Shown here one piece after another: positions 53,038 to 62,078 of a stretch of 64,000 bases of DNA. This DNA is from Myxococcota bacterium (GTDB lineage: Bacteria; Myxococcota_A; UBA796; SXON01), in the NCBI GenBank assembly GCA_040386535.1, contig JAZKFH010000084.1, positions 1-64,000 on the forward strand. Direction: 5' to 3'. Positions within the stretch are counted from its first letter, which is position 1. Every line of letters begins with the position of its first letter. The notes under the pieces are model-generated. The model saw only the letters and a program-made list of their open reading frames with translations. It made no database searches and had not been told where the DNA came from. A program made the position numbers and the translations under genes.

Positions 53038-54072
53038 CTACTTTTCCAACCGAGCCCGCACGCGCTCCAGCAGGGCCGCGTGCGCCGCGCGCGCCGTGCG
53101 GAACACGAAGCCTGCCACCCACCAGGGCGCCTCGACATCGACGCGCTGGACCGCGTAGGTCCCCGCGGCGACCGCGTTCAGCCGCCAGTGCGAGCGCACG
53201 ACCACCCCCGGCCGGCTCCACCCGGTGAGCTCCATCTCCGCGAGCGAGGCCCAGCGCGCCTCCCCCCGCAGGTGGTTGCGCAGGCGGAACGGCCCGATTG
53301 GAATGAGCTCGACCACCGTGAAACGGATGACGCGAACGCCCGCCTCCTCGCCGTCGAAGCTCACGTTGACGCTGTCGATGAGGGGATGGATCTCCGTGAG
53401 GCGGCGCGGGTCGGCCAGGAGCGCGTGCACGGCGGCGGGGGCGACGGGGAACGTGGCCTCGCGCCGCGTCGTGTCCGTCGGCACGCGAGAGGCGAGCCAG
53501 GGCGCCGCGAACGCGGCCAGGCGCGGCATGATCACCCAGGTGAGCAGGAACACCAGCGCCGCCCCGACGACAGCGCCCCGCACCAGCGTGGGTAGGGGCG
53601 TGAGGACGGGCCCGAGCGCGGCGTTGAGGAGCTGGATGGTCGGGAAGGCCGCGCACCACGTCAACAGCGCCATCTTCCAGCGTGGGGGCGGGCCGGCGCC
53701 CGGGCCCGCCGACGGCATGCGGAACCACGCTTCGAGCCCGGTGAGCCGCTCGAAGCCGACCTCCCCCTCGGTGAGGGGTGCGACCTCGGCGAGCAAGGCG
53801 GCGCGCTGCTCGGAGCGCTCCCACACCAACAGCGCGTCGAGCGTGGCGAAGCGGAAGACCAGCACCACTTCTCGCTCCGACAGCCACAGCGCCGTGGTGC
53901 CCATGTGGCCGTCGAAGCCCGCGAGGATCGGGGTCACCCGGCGGAGCCAGCCCTCGTAGTCCGCGCGCGCGCCCGCCTTCAGCGTGCGGCGCACCACGAC
54001 GCTGACGGGCGCCGCCATTGCACCCGGTGCCACTGCGCCCGGCGCGCCGCCGTCGAGGGAGGTGTCGGACAT
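53038..54072 (-). CDS. ABM-like domain + 2 TM helices + SRPBCC/START-like domain fusion
   Basis: YEGWL..F.GHMG, FRF..L..WERS..R, TGLEAWF, PPPRWKMALLTW, TWVIMP; then VHALLADP..L..IHPLI. Confidence 0.78.
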   Translation of the reverse strand: MSDTSLDGGAPGAVAPGAMAAPVSVVVRRTLKAGARADYEGWLRRVTPILAGFDGHMGTTALWLSEREVVLVFRFATLDALLVWERSEQRAALLAEVAPLTEGEVGFERLTGLEAWFRMPSAGPGAGPPPRWKMALLTWCAAFPTIQLLNAALGPVLTPLPTLVRGAVVGAALVFLLTWVIMPRLAAFAAPWLASRVPTDTTRREATFPVAPAAVHALLADPRRLTEIHPLIDSVNVSFDGEEAGVRVIRFTVVELIPIGPFRLRNHLRGEARWASLAEMELTGWSRPGVVVRSHWRLNAVAAGTYAVQRVDVEAPWWVAGFVFRTARAAHAALLERVRARLEK

Positions 54073-54123
54073 CCGCGCGTCCTATCCGTCGTCACGCCCG
54101 ACCGCCATCCGGCGCCCACGCGC

Positions 54124-55254
54124 TCACCGATCCAAATCGGCTTGCAACATCCCCGTGGCAACCGCGTCGAGCAGCCCGTCGAACCGCTCCTGGTTGAACC
54201 CGGCACCGGACGTCATCCAGTCGTGGTGCCCCTCCGCGCCCGCGAAGTGGCCCACGACGTCGAGGTGATCGCCGTGTCCGGCCCACACGAGCTCGCCGTG
54301 GAGCTGGGAGCGGAAGGGCACGATGCCGTCGTTGGCACCCGCGGGTGGCACCTCGTCGAGCCGGCCGAGCACCGCTTGCCTCCACGCGGCCCCCCGGGGC
54401 TCGCAGCCGTAGAGCGGATCCTGGGCGGCGGTGAGGCGGTGGAGCGTCGCGAACAGCGTGGCGGACGCGCTGGTCCAGGGGTTCGCGGCGGTGCGGGCCC
54501 ACCCGCGCACGCCCAGAGGCGGCACCCAGGAGGCCGAGCATTGGTAGCGCACGTTCGGATCGTCGGCGGCCAGGGCGCTGTAGACGTCCATCACCTCGGG
54601 CGCCAGCTGGATGATCCCGGCCTGATCCTGGCGGAGTCCGTTCAGCCACGCGCGCAGGTCGTGGCTGGACAGATCGTCCAGGGTGCCGATGAGCGCCTCG
54701 GAGGCACGGTCGAGCAGCGCGACACGCATGCCGAGCGCACGATCGAGGCGCGGCACGGCGGCGACCAGCGCCGAGGTGAGCGCGATCGGCGGGGAGCCGT
54801 AGTGGAGCACCGGCACCGTGGCGGCGGAGAGGAAGTAGAGCAGGCGCTGGCCGGAGAGCGTCGCGAAGAACGCGGCCAGGGGCGTGCCGTGGTGGGGGGT
54901 GTTCATGCTCGTGATCGAGCGAAGGTCGGCCTTGACCGCGGCGAGCGCCCGCGGGTCACCCACGTTCGCGCCCGGCGCCGCGAGCAGGCGCGCGTCGAGC
55001 CCGCCCGTGGAGTGCCCGACGAGGTGCAGGCGGTCGCCGGGCTTGGCCGAGGCCGCGATCGTCGTGACGAGGCTCTGCGCGCGGCGGCGGATCGAGGCGG
55101 TGGGCCACGCGTCGACGCGGTGCGCGGAGGCCTCCCGGCCGGCGTCCGCGAACCGCCGCAGCAGCCCCTCCTCGAGGTGGTGGAAGTAGACGTACGTACC
55201 GATGCGCTCGAAGCCGAACAGCCCGGGCGAGAGGTAGATGCGCGAAGTCGCCAT
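54124..55254 (-). CDS. Lipase/esterase (alpha/beta hydrolase, GHSTG)
   Basis: PGLFGF, HLVGHSTGGLDAR, TPHHGTPLA, NDGIVP..SQ, DHLDVVGHF. Confidence 0.92.
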   Translation of the reverse strand: MATSRIYLSPGLFGFERIGTYVYFHHLEEGLLRRFADAGREASAHRVDAWPTASIRRRAQSLVTTIAASAKPGDRLHLVGHSTGGLDARLLAAPGANVGDPRALAAVKADLRSITSMNTPHHGTPLAAFFATLSGQRLLYFLSAATVPVLHYGSPPIALTSALVAAVPRLDRALGMRVALLDRASEALIGTLDDLSSHDLRAWLNGLRQDQAGIIQLAPEVMDVYSALAADDPNVRYQCSASWVPPLGVRGWARTAANPWTSASATLFATLHRLTAAQDPLYGCEPRGAAWRQAVLGRLDEVPPAGANDGIVPFRSQLHGELVWAGHGDHLDVVGHFAGAEGHHDWMTSGAGFNQERFDGLLDAVATGMLQADLDR

Positions 55255-55317
55255 GCGCCAGAGATAGGCGCCGCGCCGTGCACAGGGTAGGCCTGGGCCC
55301 AGTCGGTAGAGGTCCCG

Positions 55318-55737
55318 TTGCAAATCGAACCTTATGCGCACGCTGTCACGCAGTGGCCGCCGGTAGGCCGACACATCCTGGCACAACACGACGCGGAGAC
55401 GCTGATCGTCTACCAGGCGTTCAACCCGGCCATCGCCAGTGCGGCGGTGGCGGATCAGCGGCTCGGCGGGGGTGGGTTCAGCCTGACCCGGATGTCCTGG
55501 GACCCGGACCACGCCCCCGACGGCCGCGCCTCGCCCCGCCGCGCCATCCAGTTGGGCCTGCGCGGCGAGGTCCTGGGCCGGTTCGCGCAGGAGTGGCCCC
55601 TCGCGATCGAGGACATCACGCCCTTCGTCGTCGCACAGCGGGGCCGCGTGGGCACTCCGGATCTGCAGGTGCCCGTCGAGAGGGCCGTGGCGCTCGCGCC
55701 GGACGTCGCCGCGCGCATCGGCGCCGACGTACACTGA
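55318..55737 (+). pseudogene. DUF4291 family gene with an apparent in-frame internal deletion
   Basis: WP..GRHILAQ...IVYQAF...F...RMSW joins directly to DPDH.P.G...RRAIQLGLRG; the expected IKP.FLWMM.R block is absent; 139 aa. Confidence 0.7.
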
Positions 55738-55742
55738 CCCCC

Positions 55743-56723
55743 ATGCGCTTCCCGACCTTGATCCTGCTCGCCCTCGCCGGCTGCACCGGCGGCAAGCCCG
55801 ATGACACATCGGTGGGTGACACCGAGACCGCCGACACCCACACGGACACCGCCACGGCGCCACTTGACCCGGCGACAGTGCCCCTCAACGGGGCCTGCGC
55901 GCTGGCCGACGACCACGGCGGCTTCAACGTGACCGTGCTCGAGGACGCCACGACCGTGGCGGGCACCGTGGCCGACGGGGTGGTCCCCGCCACGGTGCTC
56001 GAAGAGCTGGTGCGCGAGGGCGACTGCGCCGTGCTCCGTCGCAACAACCCGTACTGTGAGCCGACGTGCCCCCCGGGCGAGACCTGCGCGTTCGACGGCA
56101 CCTGCGTGCCCTACCCTGCGAACCAGGGCCTCGGGACGGTCACGCTCGATGGGCTCGTGGTCCCCGTCGTCATGGAGCCGGTGTTCCCCGGGAACACCTA
56201 CTACGACACCTCGCTGCCGCACCCGGCCTACACACCCGGAGAGCTGCTCACGTTGTCGATGCCCGGCGGCGTGTACGGCCCGCTGGAGCTGTACGGCGTG
56301 GGGGTGGAGCCGCTCGATCTGCCCGACGTCGTGTGGGTCATCGAGGGGGGCGTCGACTACGTGCTCGATTGGCCGGCGCCGGCCGGCGCGGTCGTGCGCT
56401 CCGAGATCGCCATCCAGATCTCCATCGACCAGCACGGCGTCTCGCCGAGCGTGTTGCGCTGCGTGTTCGCGGACGACGGGCAGGCCACCATCCCCGGCGC
56501 CGTGCTCTCCGCGCTGGTCGACGTGGGGGTGACCGGGTTTCCCGCCGCCTCGATCGAGCGGCGCACGGTCGACCAGGGCGCCGCCGGCGCGGGGTGCCTG
56601 GACTTCGTGGTCACCTCGCCGCACGTCCCCACGGTCGACGTCGTGGGCAGCACGCCGTGCGTCTCGGACAACGAGTGCCCCGACGATCAGACCTGCAACG
56701 TCGAGCTCCAGATCTGCGAGTGA
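55743..56723 (+). CDS. Cys-rich hypothetical lipoprotein
   Basis: Lipobox LAGC; CEPTC..GETC..DGTC; C-terminal C.SD.ECP..QTC..C. Confidence 0.82.
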   Translation: MRFPTLILLALAGCTGGKPDDTSVGDTETADTHTDTATAPLDPATVPLNGACALADDHGGFNVTVLEDATTVAGTVADGVVPATVLEELVREGDCAVLRRNNPYCEPTCPPGETCAFDGTCVPYPANQGLGTVTLDGLVVPVVMEPVFPGNTYYDTSLPHPAYTPGELLTLSMPGGVYGPLELYGVGVEPLDLPDVVWVIEGGVDYVLDWPAPAGAVVRSEIAIQISIDQHGVSPSVLRCVFADDGQATIPGAVLSALVDVGVTGFPAASIERRTVDQGAAGAGCLDFVVTSPHVPTVDVVGSTPCVSDNECPDDQTCNVELQICE

Positions 56724-56803
56724 CGGACGCGTGACGGCGGACTGGGCGGGAGGTGTAGACGGGCGCCGGTTCCTCCTCCACAATCGCATCAGTGGAGCCC
56801 GCC

Positions 56804-58357
56804 ATGTTCCTCCTCCTCCTCCTGGTGGCTTGTGCCCCCCCCGCTGACGAGCCCGAGCCCGTACAAACGGAGTCGGCTCCCGCCGTGATGGACGTCGAGG
56901 TGGTGCCCGCCACGTTGGACTTCGGCGCGTTGGGGCTCGGAGAGTCGTCCACCTTGCCGGTGGCGATCTACAACCGCGGGGAGGGCCAGGTGGTGTTCTC
57001 CACCGCGTCGGCCAACTCCGACGCGATCGGGCTGGACGCCGCCTTCAACACCACGATCCCGCCGGGCGGGATGGCCGAGATGAGCGTCACCTGGTCCCCC
57101 GTCTCGCCGGCCACGTTGTCCGACACGATCGCCGTGTCGATGCGCGGCGAGGACCAGCTGCAGGACCTGCAAATCGAGGCCACCGGCATCGCGAGCGGCC
57201 CGGCGCTCACGGTCTCGGTGACGGAGGCCGCGTTCGGCACGGTCAGCGTGGGGTGCGAGAGCGTGATGCCCATCACCCTCTCCAACGTGGGGACGAGCCC
57301 GCTCGTGATCGAGAACATCGCGCTCACCGCGGTGAGCGACATGGCGGTCCTCGGCGAGGAGGGGGAGCTCGCGCCGTTCCCGTGGACATTGGCGCCGTCC
57401 GAGTACCGCGAGGTCCACCTCGCCTACGCCCCGATGGACGAGGCCGTCGTCGCCAACATCCTCGAGATCACCTCGGACGACCCGCTGTCGCCCGTCACGA
57501 ACGTGCGCGTGGGGGGCACGGGGCTCGTCGAGGAGGACGCCACGCTCCGCTACGAGGTGCTCCCGGCGCAGAACGTCACGGTGGTGTTCGCGCTGAACGC
57601 GATCGCCGTGCAGGATGCGCGCCTCGTCCCCGCGCTCCCCGTCTTCTTCGACACCCTGAGCGAGGGCCGGGCGGACTACCGCGTGTCGTTCCTGACCGAT
57701 CAGGACGGGGTGGTCGTGGGGGACGAGCCGTACATCGACCAGACGATCTCGACGGACGAGGCGATGGAGATCGTGGACCGGATGTTGGCGCGCGCGGTCG
57801 AAGAGGGGGACAACGACTACCTGCTCCAGACCTTCGACAACGCCCTCGCGGTGAACCGCGCGTGGTTGTTGGACGAGAGCGAGGCGTGGGCGGCCTCCCG
57901 GCTCAACTTCATCGCGATGAACAGCGACCAGGAGCAGAGCCTCGGCAACGCCACGGTCTACGTCATGAGCTACCAGTCGTACAAGGAGCAGGCAGAGGAC
58001 GTGGCCGTGCACGCGATCACGGGCGACTTCCCGCGCGGGTGTTCGGGCGCCGAGCCCGCCGAGCTGCTCTACAACGCCGCCACGGAGACGGACGGCACCT
58101 TCTTGAGCTGGTGCACCGCCGACTGGGCTCCTCACATGGAGGCCCTGGCGCTCGCCTCGCGCGGGCCGCAGCAGGTGTTCGCCGTCACGGGTGACCCGGC
58201 GGTGTGGAGCATCGAGGTGCGCCTCGACGGCGCGCGGCTACGGACCGGCTGGACCTACGACGAGGCGGCCCAGGCGATCGTGTTCGACGAGAGCGAGTAC
58301 CCGAGCGACGGCTCCGAGGTCCGCATCGACTACATCATGGCCGTGGAGTGCCCGTGA
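56804..58357 (+). CDS. Lipoprotein with tandem choice-of-anchor D/ASH Ig-like domains and a vWA-like region
   Basis: Lipobox LVAC; P.TLDFG..I.N.G and FG.V.VGC..L.NVG..PL.I repeats; GWTYD...I.F..P..G..V.I.Y tail. Confidence 0.8.
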   Translation: MFLLLLLVACAPPADEPEPVQTESAPAVMDVEVVPATLDFGALGLGESSTLPVAIYNRGEGQVVFSTASANSDAIGLDAAFNTTIPPGGMAEMSVTWSPVSPATLSDTIAVSMRGEDQLQDLQIEATGIASGPALTVSVTEAAFGTVSVGCESVMPITLSNVGTSPLVIENIALTAVSDMAVLGEEGELAPFPWTLAPSEYREVHLAYAPMDEAVVANILEITSDDPLSPVTNVRVGGTGLVEEDATLRYEVLPAQNVTVVFALNAIAVQDARLVPALPVFFDTLSEGRADYRVSFLTDQDGVVVGDEPYIDQTISTDEAMEIVDRMLARAVEEGDNDYLLQTFDNALAVNRAWLLDESEAWAASRLNFIAMNSDQEQSLGNATVYVMSYQSYKEQAEDVAVHAITGDFPRGCSGAEPAELLYNAATETDGTFLSWCTADWAPHMEALALASRGPQQVFAVTGDPAVWSIEVRLDGARLRTGWTYDEAAQAIVFDESEYPSDGSEVRIDYIMAVECP

Positions 58358-59493
58358 ACCTCGAACGGCTGCTGATCCTGGCGGTGCTCGGCTGCGCCGG
58401 CCCGGACACCGATTCCAAGGACACCGGCGCGGGAGACACCGATACGGACACCGACACCGATACGGACACCGACACGGACACGGACACCGACACCGATGCG
58501 GACACGGACACCGACACGGACGCCGACACCGACACGCACGACTGGTGCGTCACCGCGAGCGTGACGTACGAGCACGAAGACACGACGCTCGTGGACGTGA
58601 CCGAGTCGCTCCTCACCGGCGCCTACCTCACGCTGGACGTGCCGGGCACGCTCCACGTCTGCCCCGGCGTCTGGTTCGCGCGGATGCTCGTCCGCGCCGA
58701 CGTGGCGGTGGTGGGCCACGGCGCCACGCCGGCGGACACGGTGTTGTCGGGCGGGGAGAGCGGCACGATCCTCGATGTGTCCGGCGCCGCGCTCTCGGTG
58801 CGCAACGTGACGCTCGATCGGGGCGCCGGGTTGGATGTCGAACACAACTCGGGCGGCGGCGGGGTGTACTGCGCGGACTTCGCCACGGTCACCGTGGAGG
58901 ACGCCGTGTTCACCAACAACCGTGCGAACGACGGCGCCGGGCTCTACGCCACCGACTGTGAGGTGGCCGTGAGCCGTGCCACCTTCTCCGACAACGTCTC
59001 GGAGGACGACGGCGGCGCGTTCACCCTGTGGTACTCGAACGCCACGCTCACCGATGTCACGTTCACCCGGAACGAGGGGCTCGACGGCGGCGCGTTCGCG
59101 GTGTTCTACGGCACGGCAACCATCCGCGACTCGGTGTTCGCGGACAACACGGCCATCAACGTGGCCGGCGGCGCCTGGATCTACAACAGCACGGTCACAA
59201 TCGCGGACACGACGTTCGAGCGCAACACCAACCACAACGCCGACGGCGGCGGCCTGCTCCTGTACGGCACGGGCACGCTGGAGAACGTGGCCTTTACCGA
59301 CAACGTGGCGCCGCGCGGCGGCGGGTTGTTCGTGTACTACGAGTCGGTCGTGCAAGGCACGGGGTGTGACTTCAGCGGCAACGTGGCCGAGGACATCTAC
59401 GCGCCCAACTACACCGACGAGGGCGGCACCGCCTATTCCGCGGGCGCGGACGCCACGTTCTCGTGCGCGGAGAACGTCTGCGCGGGGCTGTGA
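58354..59493 (+). CDS. Right-handed beta-helix (GGA/FxxN repeat) lipoprotein with Asp-Thr linker
   Basis: GTGA overlap; lipobox VLGC; (DT)n at 58435-58536; repeated F..N....GG[A/G] motifs. Confidence 0.88.
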   Translation: MNLERLLILAVLGCAGPDTDSKDTGAGDTDTDTDTDTDTDTDTDTDTDADTDTDTDADTDTHDWCVTASVTYEHEDTTLVDVTESLLTGAYLTLDVPGTLHVCPGVWFARMLVRADVAVVGHGATPADTVLSGGESGTILDVSGAALSVRNVTLDRGAGLDVEHNSGGGGVYCADFATVTVEDAVFTNNRANDGAGLYATDCEVAVSRATFSDNVSEDDGGAFTLWYSNATLTDVTFTRNEGLDGGAFAVFYGTATIRDSVFADNTAINVAGGAWIYNSTVTIADTTFERNTNHNADGGGLLLYGTGTLENVAFTDNVAPRGGGLFVYYESVVQGTGCDFSGNVAEDIYAPNYTDEGGTAYSAGADATFSCAENVCAGL

Positions 59494-59520
59494 GCGGGGC
59501 CCGATCGAAGCCGGGCCGAG

Positions 59521-59595
59521 GTGACACCGGGGCGCGGCGGCGCCGCTCTGGGCGCCGGGCACCGCGCCCAGCGTCGGTCGCCCAGACATCTCTCG
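59521..59595 (+). repeat. Left arm of a ~75-bp imperfect inverted repeat (29-bp perfect core)
   Basis: 59558-59586 GGCACCGCGCCCAGCGTCGGTCGCCCAGA is the reverse complement of 63784-63812. Confidence 0.88.
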
Positions 59596-59619
59596 CCTGA
59601 AGTCAGGTCAGAAGTCGGG

Positions 59620-59979
59620 TCACCGCCGGAAGAACGAGACCTGCTGGAACCGCAACCCCGTCAGGATCTGCTCCACGCGCGCCTCGGAGAGCGCCCCGAT
59701 GCGCTCGCCCAGCCGGGCCTTGTCCACCGATGACACCTGCGACACGATGACGACGCTGTGGCGTGTCAGGTTTCCTTCGCCGGGGTCGAGCAGCACGTTT
59801 CCGGGCTCGTTGGCGCGGTGCAGGTTCGAGGTGAGCGCGCACACGATGACGGTGTCGAGGCGCGAGTGGTTGAAAACGTCGTCCTGGAGCACCACGTGGG
59901 GGTGCGGGTGGCCGGGGATGGAGCCGCGCGCGTCGTCGGGGGCGATCCAGAACAGGTCGCCGCGGTGGATGGTGGTCAC
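59620..59979 (-). CDS. mazF: PemK/MazF family endoribonuclease, solitary myxobacterial type
   Basis: I.RGDLFWI, HPHVVLQDDVFNHSR, VCALTSN, EPGNVLL..GEGNL, SQVSSVDKARLGERIG.LS; GTGA overlap with the upstream gene; 119 aa. Confidence 0.92.
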   Translation of the reverse strand: MTTIHRGDLFWIAPDDARGSIPGHPHPHVVLQDDVFNHSRLDTVIVCALTSNLHRANEPGNVLLDPGEGNLTRHSVVIVSQVSSVDKARLGERIGALSEARVEQILTGLRFQQVSFFRR

Positions 59980-61685
59980 TTGTCCCCCGTTCCTGCCGAA
60001 CGGAGCAGCAGCGCCTCGCGGCCCGCCGACTCGGGGGCGCGCCAGACCACCTCCCAGCTCGCCGCCACGGGCTCGGTCGGGGCCACGACGACCACGAGCC
60101 ACTTGACCCCGCGGGCCCGGCTGCCGTTGTGGAGCAGCCGCGTGCACTCCTTGCTGAGCGCGCCGGCGTTGGTGTTCTTCGTGTCGACGGGGTGCGGGTA
60201 CAAACGCATGCGCAAGCCGGCGCGCGCACAGTCGACCACGGTGTCCGTGTCTTCGAGGCGCGGCATCAGCGCGGTGCGGAGGTGCCCGAAGGTGCTGGGG
60301 CCTTCGAGGAGCGAGCCCGGATCCACGCTGCGGCCGGTGTGCGCGCGCACCCAGAGGGTGCCCGGCCACACGCTCCACGCGACGGCCAACACCCCCACCA
60401 TGGCGACGACCGTGGCGCCGCCCAGCGCCCGCCGACGCCCCGCCGCCCGCGCGAGCCAGGCCAGGGCCGCCGCGCCGAGCAGCGCCAACAGGGGCGCGAG
60501 CGGCACGAAGTAGCGGTGCTGGCCGCCGATGAGCGCGAGGCTCGGCAGCGTCGGGAGCAGCGGCAGCAGCAGGAACGCGCGGCCGCCGCGCGCGACGAGC
60601 AGGCCCAGCCCGACCAGCAGTGTGAGGGCGGAGAGCTCGATCGGGAGCGCCGCGGCGCCGACGGCGAGGTTGCCCGCGAGCGTGGTGCGCCCGCACTCGC
60701 CGAAGACCTCGGCCAGCGTCGGGAGCGTGTCGCCCTGCGGATCACAGGCGCCCACGCCCTCGCGCGCGTTGAGGTCACGCTGGAGCGCCACCTGCTCGGT
60801 GAGCGGCACGAGGCGGACCGGCAACGCGCCGAGCAGACCGGCGCCGGTCAGGGTGGTGGCGAGGGCCAGCCCGCCGACGACGGCGACGCGGCGGAGGCGC
60901 TCGCGCGGCCACGCGTTCTCCGAGCGCGGCACGGCGGCCAGGAGCGCCGCGAGCACCACCGCCACCGCGAAGGGCACCCCGCGCAGATCGGTGGCGATGG
61001 CGAGGCCGAGCGCGATCCCGGCGGGCACGACGAGCACCGGGCGCTTCTGGCTCGCGACGGTGAGCGCGATGCCGAGGGTGCCGGTGGCGGCGAGCAGCGC
61101 GTAGGGCGTGCTGTAGACGGCGAACAGGCGCAAATCGGCCCAGCCCGCGAGGAGCGCGGTGGCGAGGAGCGCGGGCCAGCGGCCGAGCAACATCCGGCCG
61201 ATCCACCACGTGAGCGGCACCAGCGCGGTGGCGCAGAGCAGGGAGAGGTGCTGCGAGGCCGCGATGAGCCCGCTGGAGAGGGGCACGAGCGCGAGGCACG
61301 CCCACGCGTGCAGGGGCCCGCGCCAGTCGTGGTACTGCGCCCACTCGCGGTCGCCCGCGGCCACGGCGTTGCCGAGGTAGGCGAACCAGTCGGTGCCGGC
61401 GGGCTGGTCGGGGTTGCCGAGCGGCACGACGGCCGCGAAGAAGGCGAGCGTGAGCAGGGTGACGACGAGCGTGTCCACCCACGCGGGCACCGTGCGGGTC
61501 GGGGTGGGCGCGCCGAACCGGTCTGTCGCCCGCAGCGCCACGAGCAGCACCAGCCCGACGAGCAGCGCGGCCTCCGCCGGACGCAGGCCGCCGAGCGAAA
61601 GGGCGCCGCCGAGCGCGGCCACGGCCAGCAGCAGCGCGGGGATCGGAGCGGGAGGCCCGTCGTCCTGGGGGTGGTCGCCGGACAT
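59976..61685 (-). CDS. GT-C-like polytopic membrane protein (putative glycosyltransferase)
   Basis: GTDWFAY, WRGPL, many TM helices, RYFVPLAP motif. Confidence 0.7.
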   Translation of the reverse strand: MSGDHPQDDGPPAPIPALLLAVAALGGALSLGGLRPAEAALLVGLVLLVALRATDRFGAPTPTRTVPAWVDTLVVTLLTLAFFAAVVPLGNPDQPAGTDWFAYLGNAVAAGDREWAQYHDWRGPLHAWACLALVPLSSGLIAASQHLSLLCATALVPLTWWIGRMLLGRWPALLATALLAGWADLRLFAVYSTPYALLAATGTLGIALTVASQKRPVLVVPAGIALGLAIATDLRGVPFAVAVVLAALLAAVPRSENAWPRERLRRVAVVGGLALATTLTGAGLLGALPVRLVPLTEQVALQRDLNAREGVGACDPQGDTLPTLAEVFGECGRTTLAGNLAVGAAALPIELSALTLLVGLGLLVARGGRAFLLLPLLPTLPSLALIGGQHRYFVPLAPLLALLGAAALAWLARAAGRRRALGGATVVAMVGVLAVAWSVWPGTLWVRAHTGRSVDPGSLLEGPSTFGHLRTALMPRLEDTDTVVDCARAGLRMRLYPHPVDTKNTNAGALSKECTRLLHNGSRARGVKWLVVVVAPTEPVAASWEVVWRAPESAGREALLLRSAGTGDK

Positions 61686-61719
61686 CGCGACGGGCGTAAC
61701 GGGTCGCGGCGCCCGTGGG

Positions 61720-62070
61720 TCAGCTGGCGACGACGATCCCCGCGAACGCGAGCACCGGCAGCACGGCGCAGCCCGCGGCCGCGGCGAGGCCGCTGAGCAG
61801 CACCTGCACGAGCGGGTGCAGCTTCAGCGTGGCGGTGAGCATCGCCATCGCCGTGCCCGCGGCGGCCATGCCCCAGAAGGGAGAGGAGAAGAACGCGATG
61901 AACTGCGGATCCTCGGGGGTGTCCCACGCGAAGGCGGTGAAGGCGGCGCTGCACATGCCGACGACCAGGTCGAGCGCGAGCCAGGTCGCCAACACGCCGA
62001 AGCGGGCGAACAGGCCCATCCGGGTGGTGGGGACCGCGTCGGTGGGGAAGCCGTAGGGATCGAGGGGCAC
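61720..62070 (-). CDS. Small hypothetical membrane protein (3 TM)
   Basis: Hydrophobic tail of ORF 61720..63195; start is GTG 62070 or ATG 62019. Confidence 0.65.
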   Translation of the reverse strand: MPLDPYGFPTDAVPTTRMGLFARFGVLATWLALDLVVGMCSAAFTAFAWDTPEDPQFIAFFSSPFWGMAAAGTAMAMLTATLKLHPLVQVLLSGLAAAAGCAVLPVLAFAGIVVAS

Positions 62071-62078
62071 GGGGGGGC

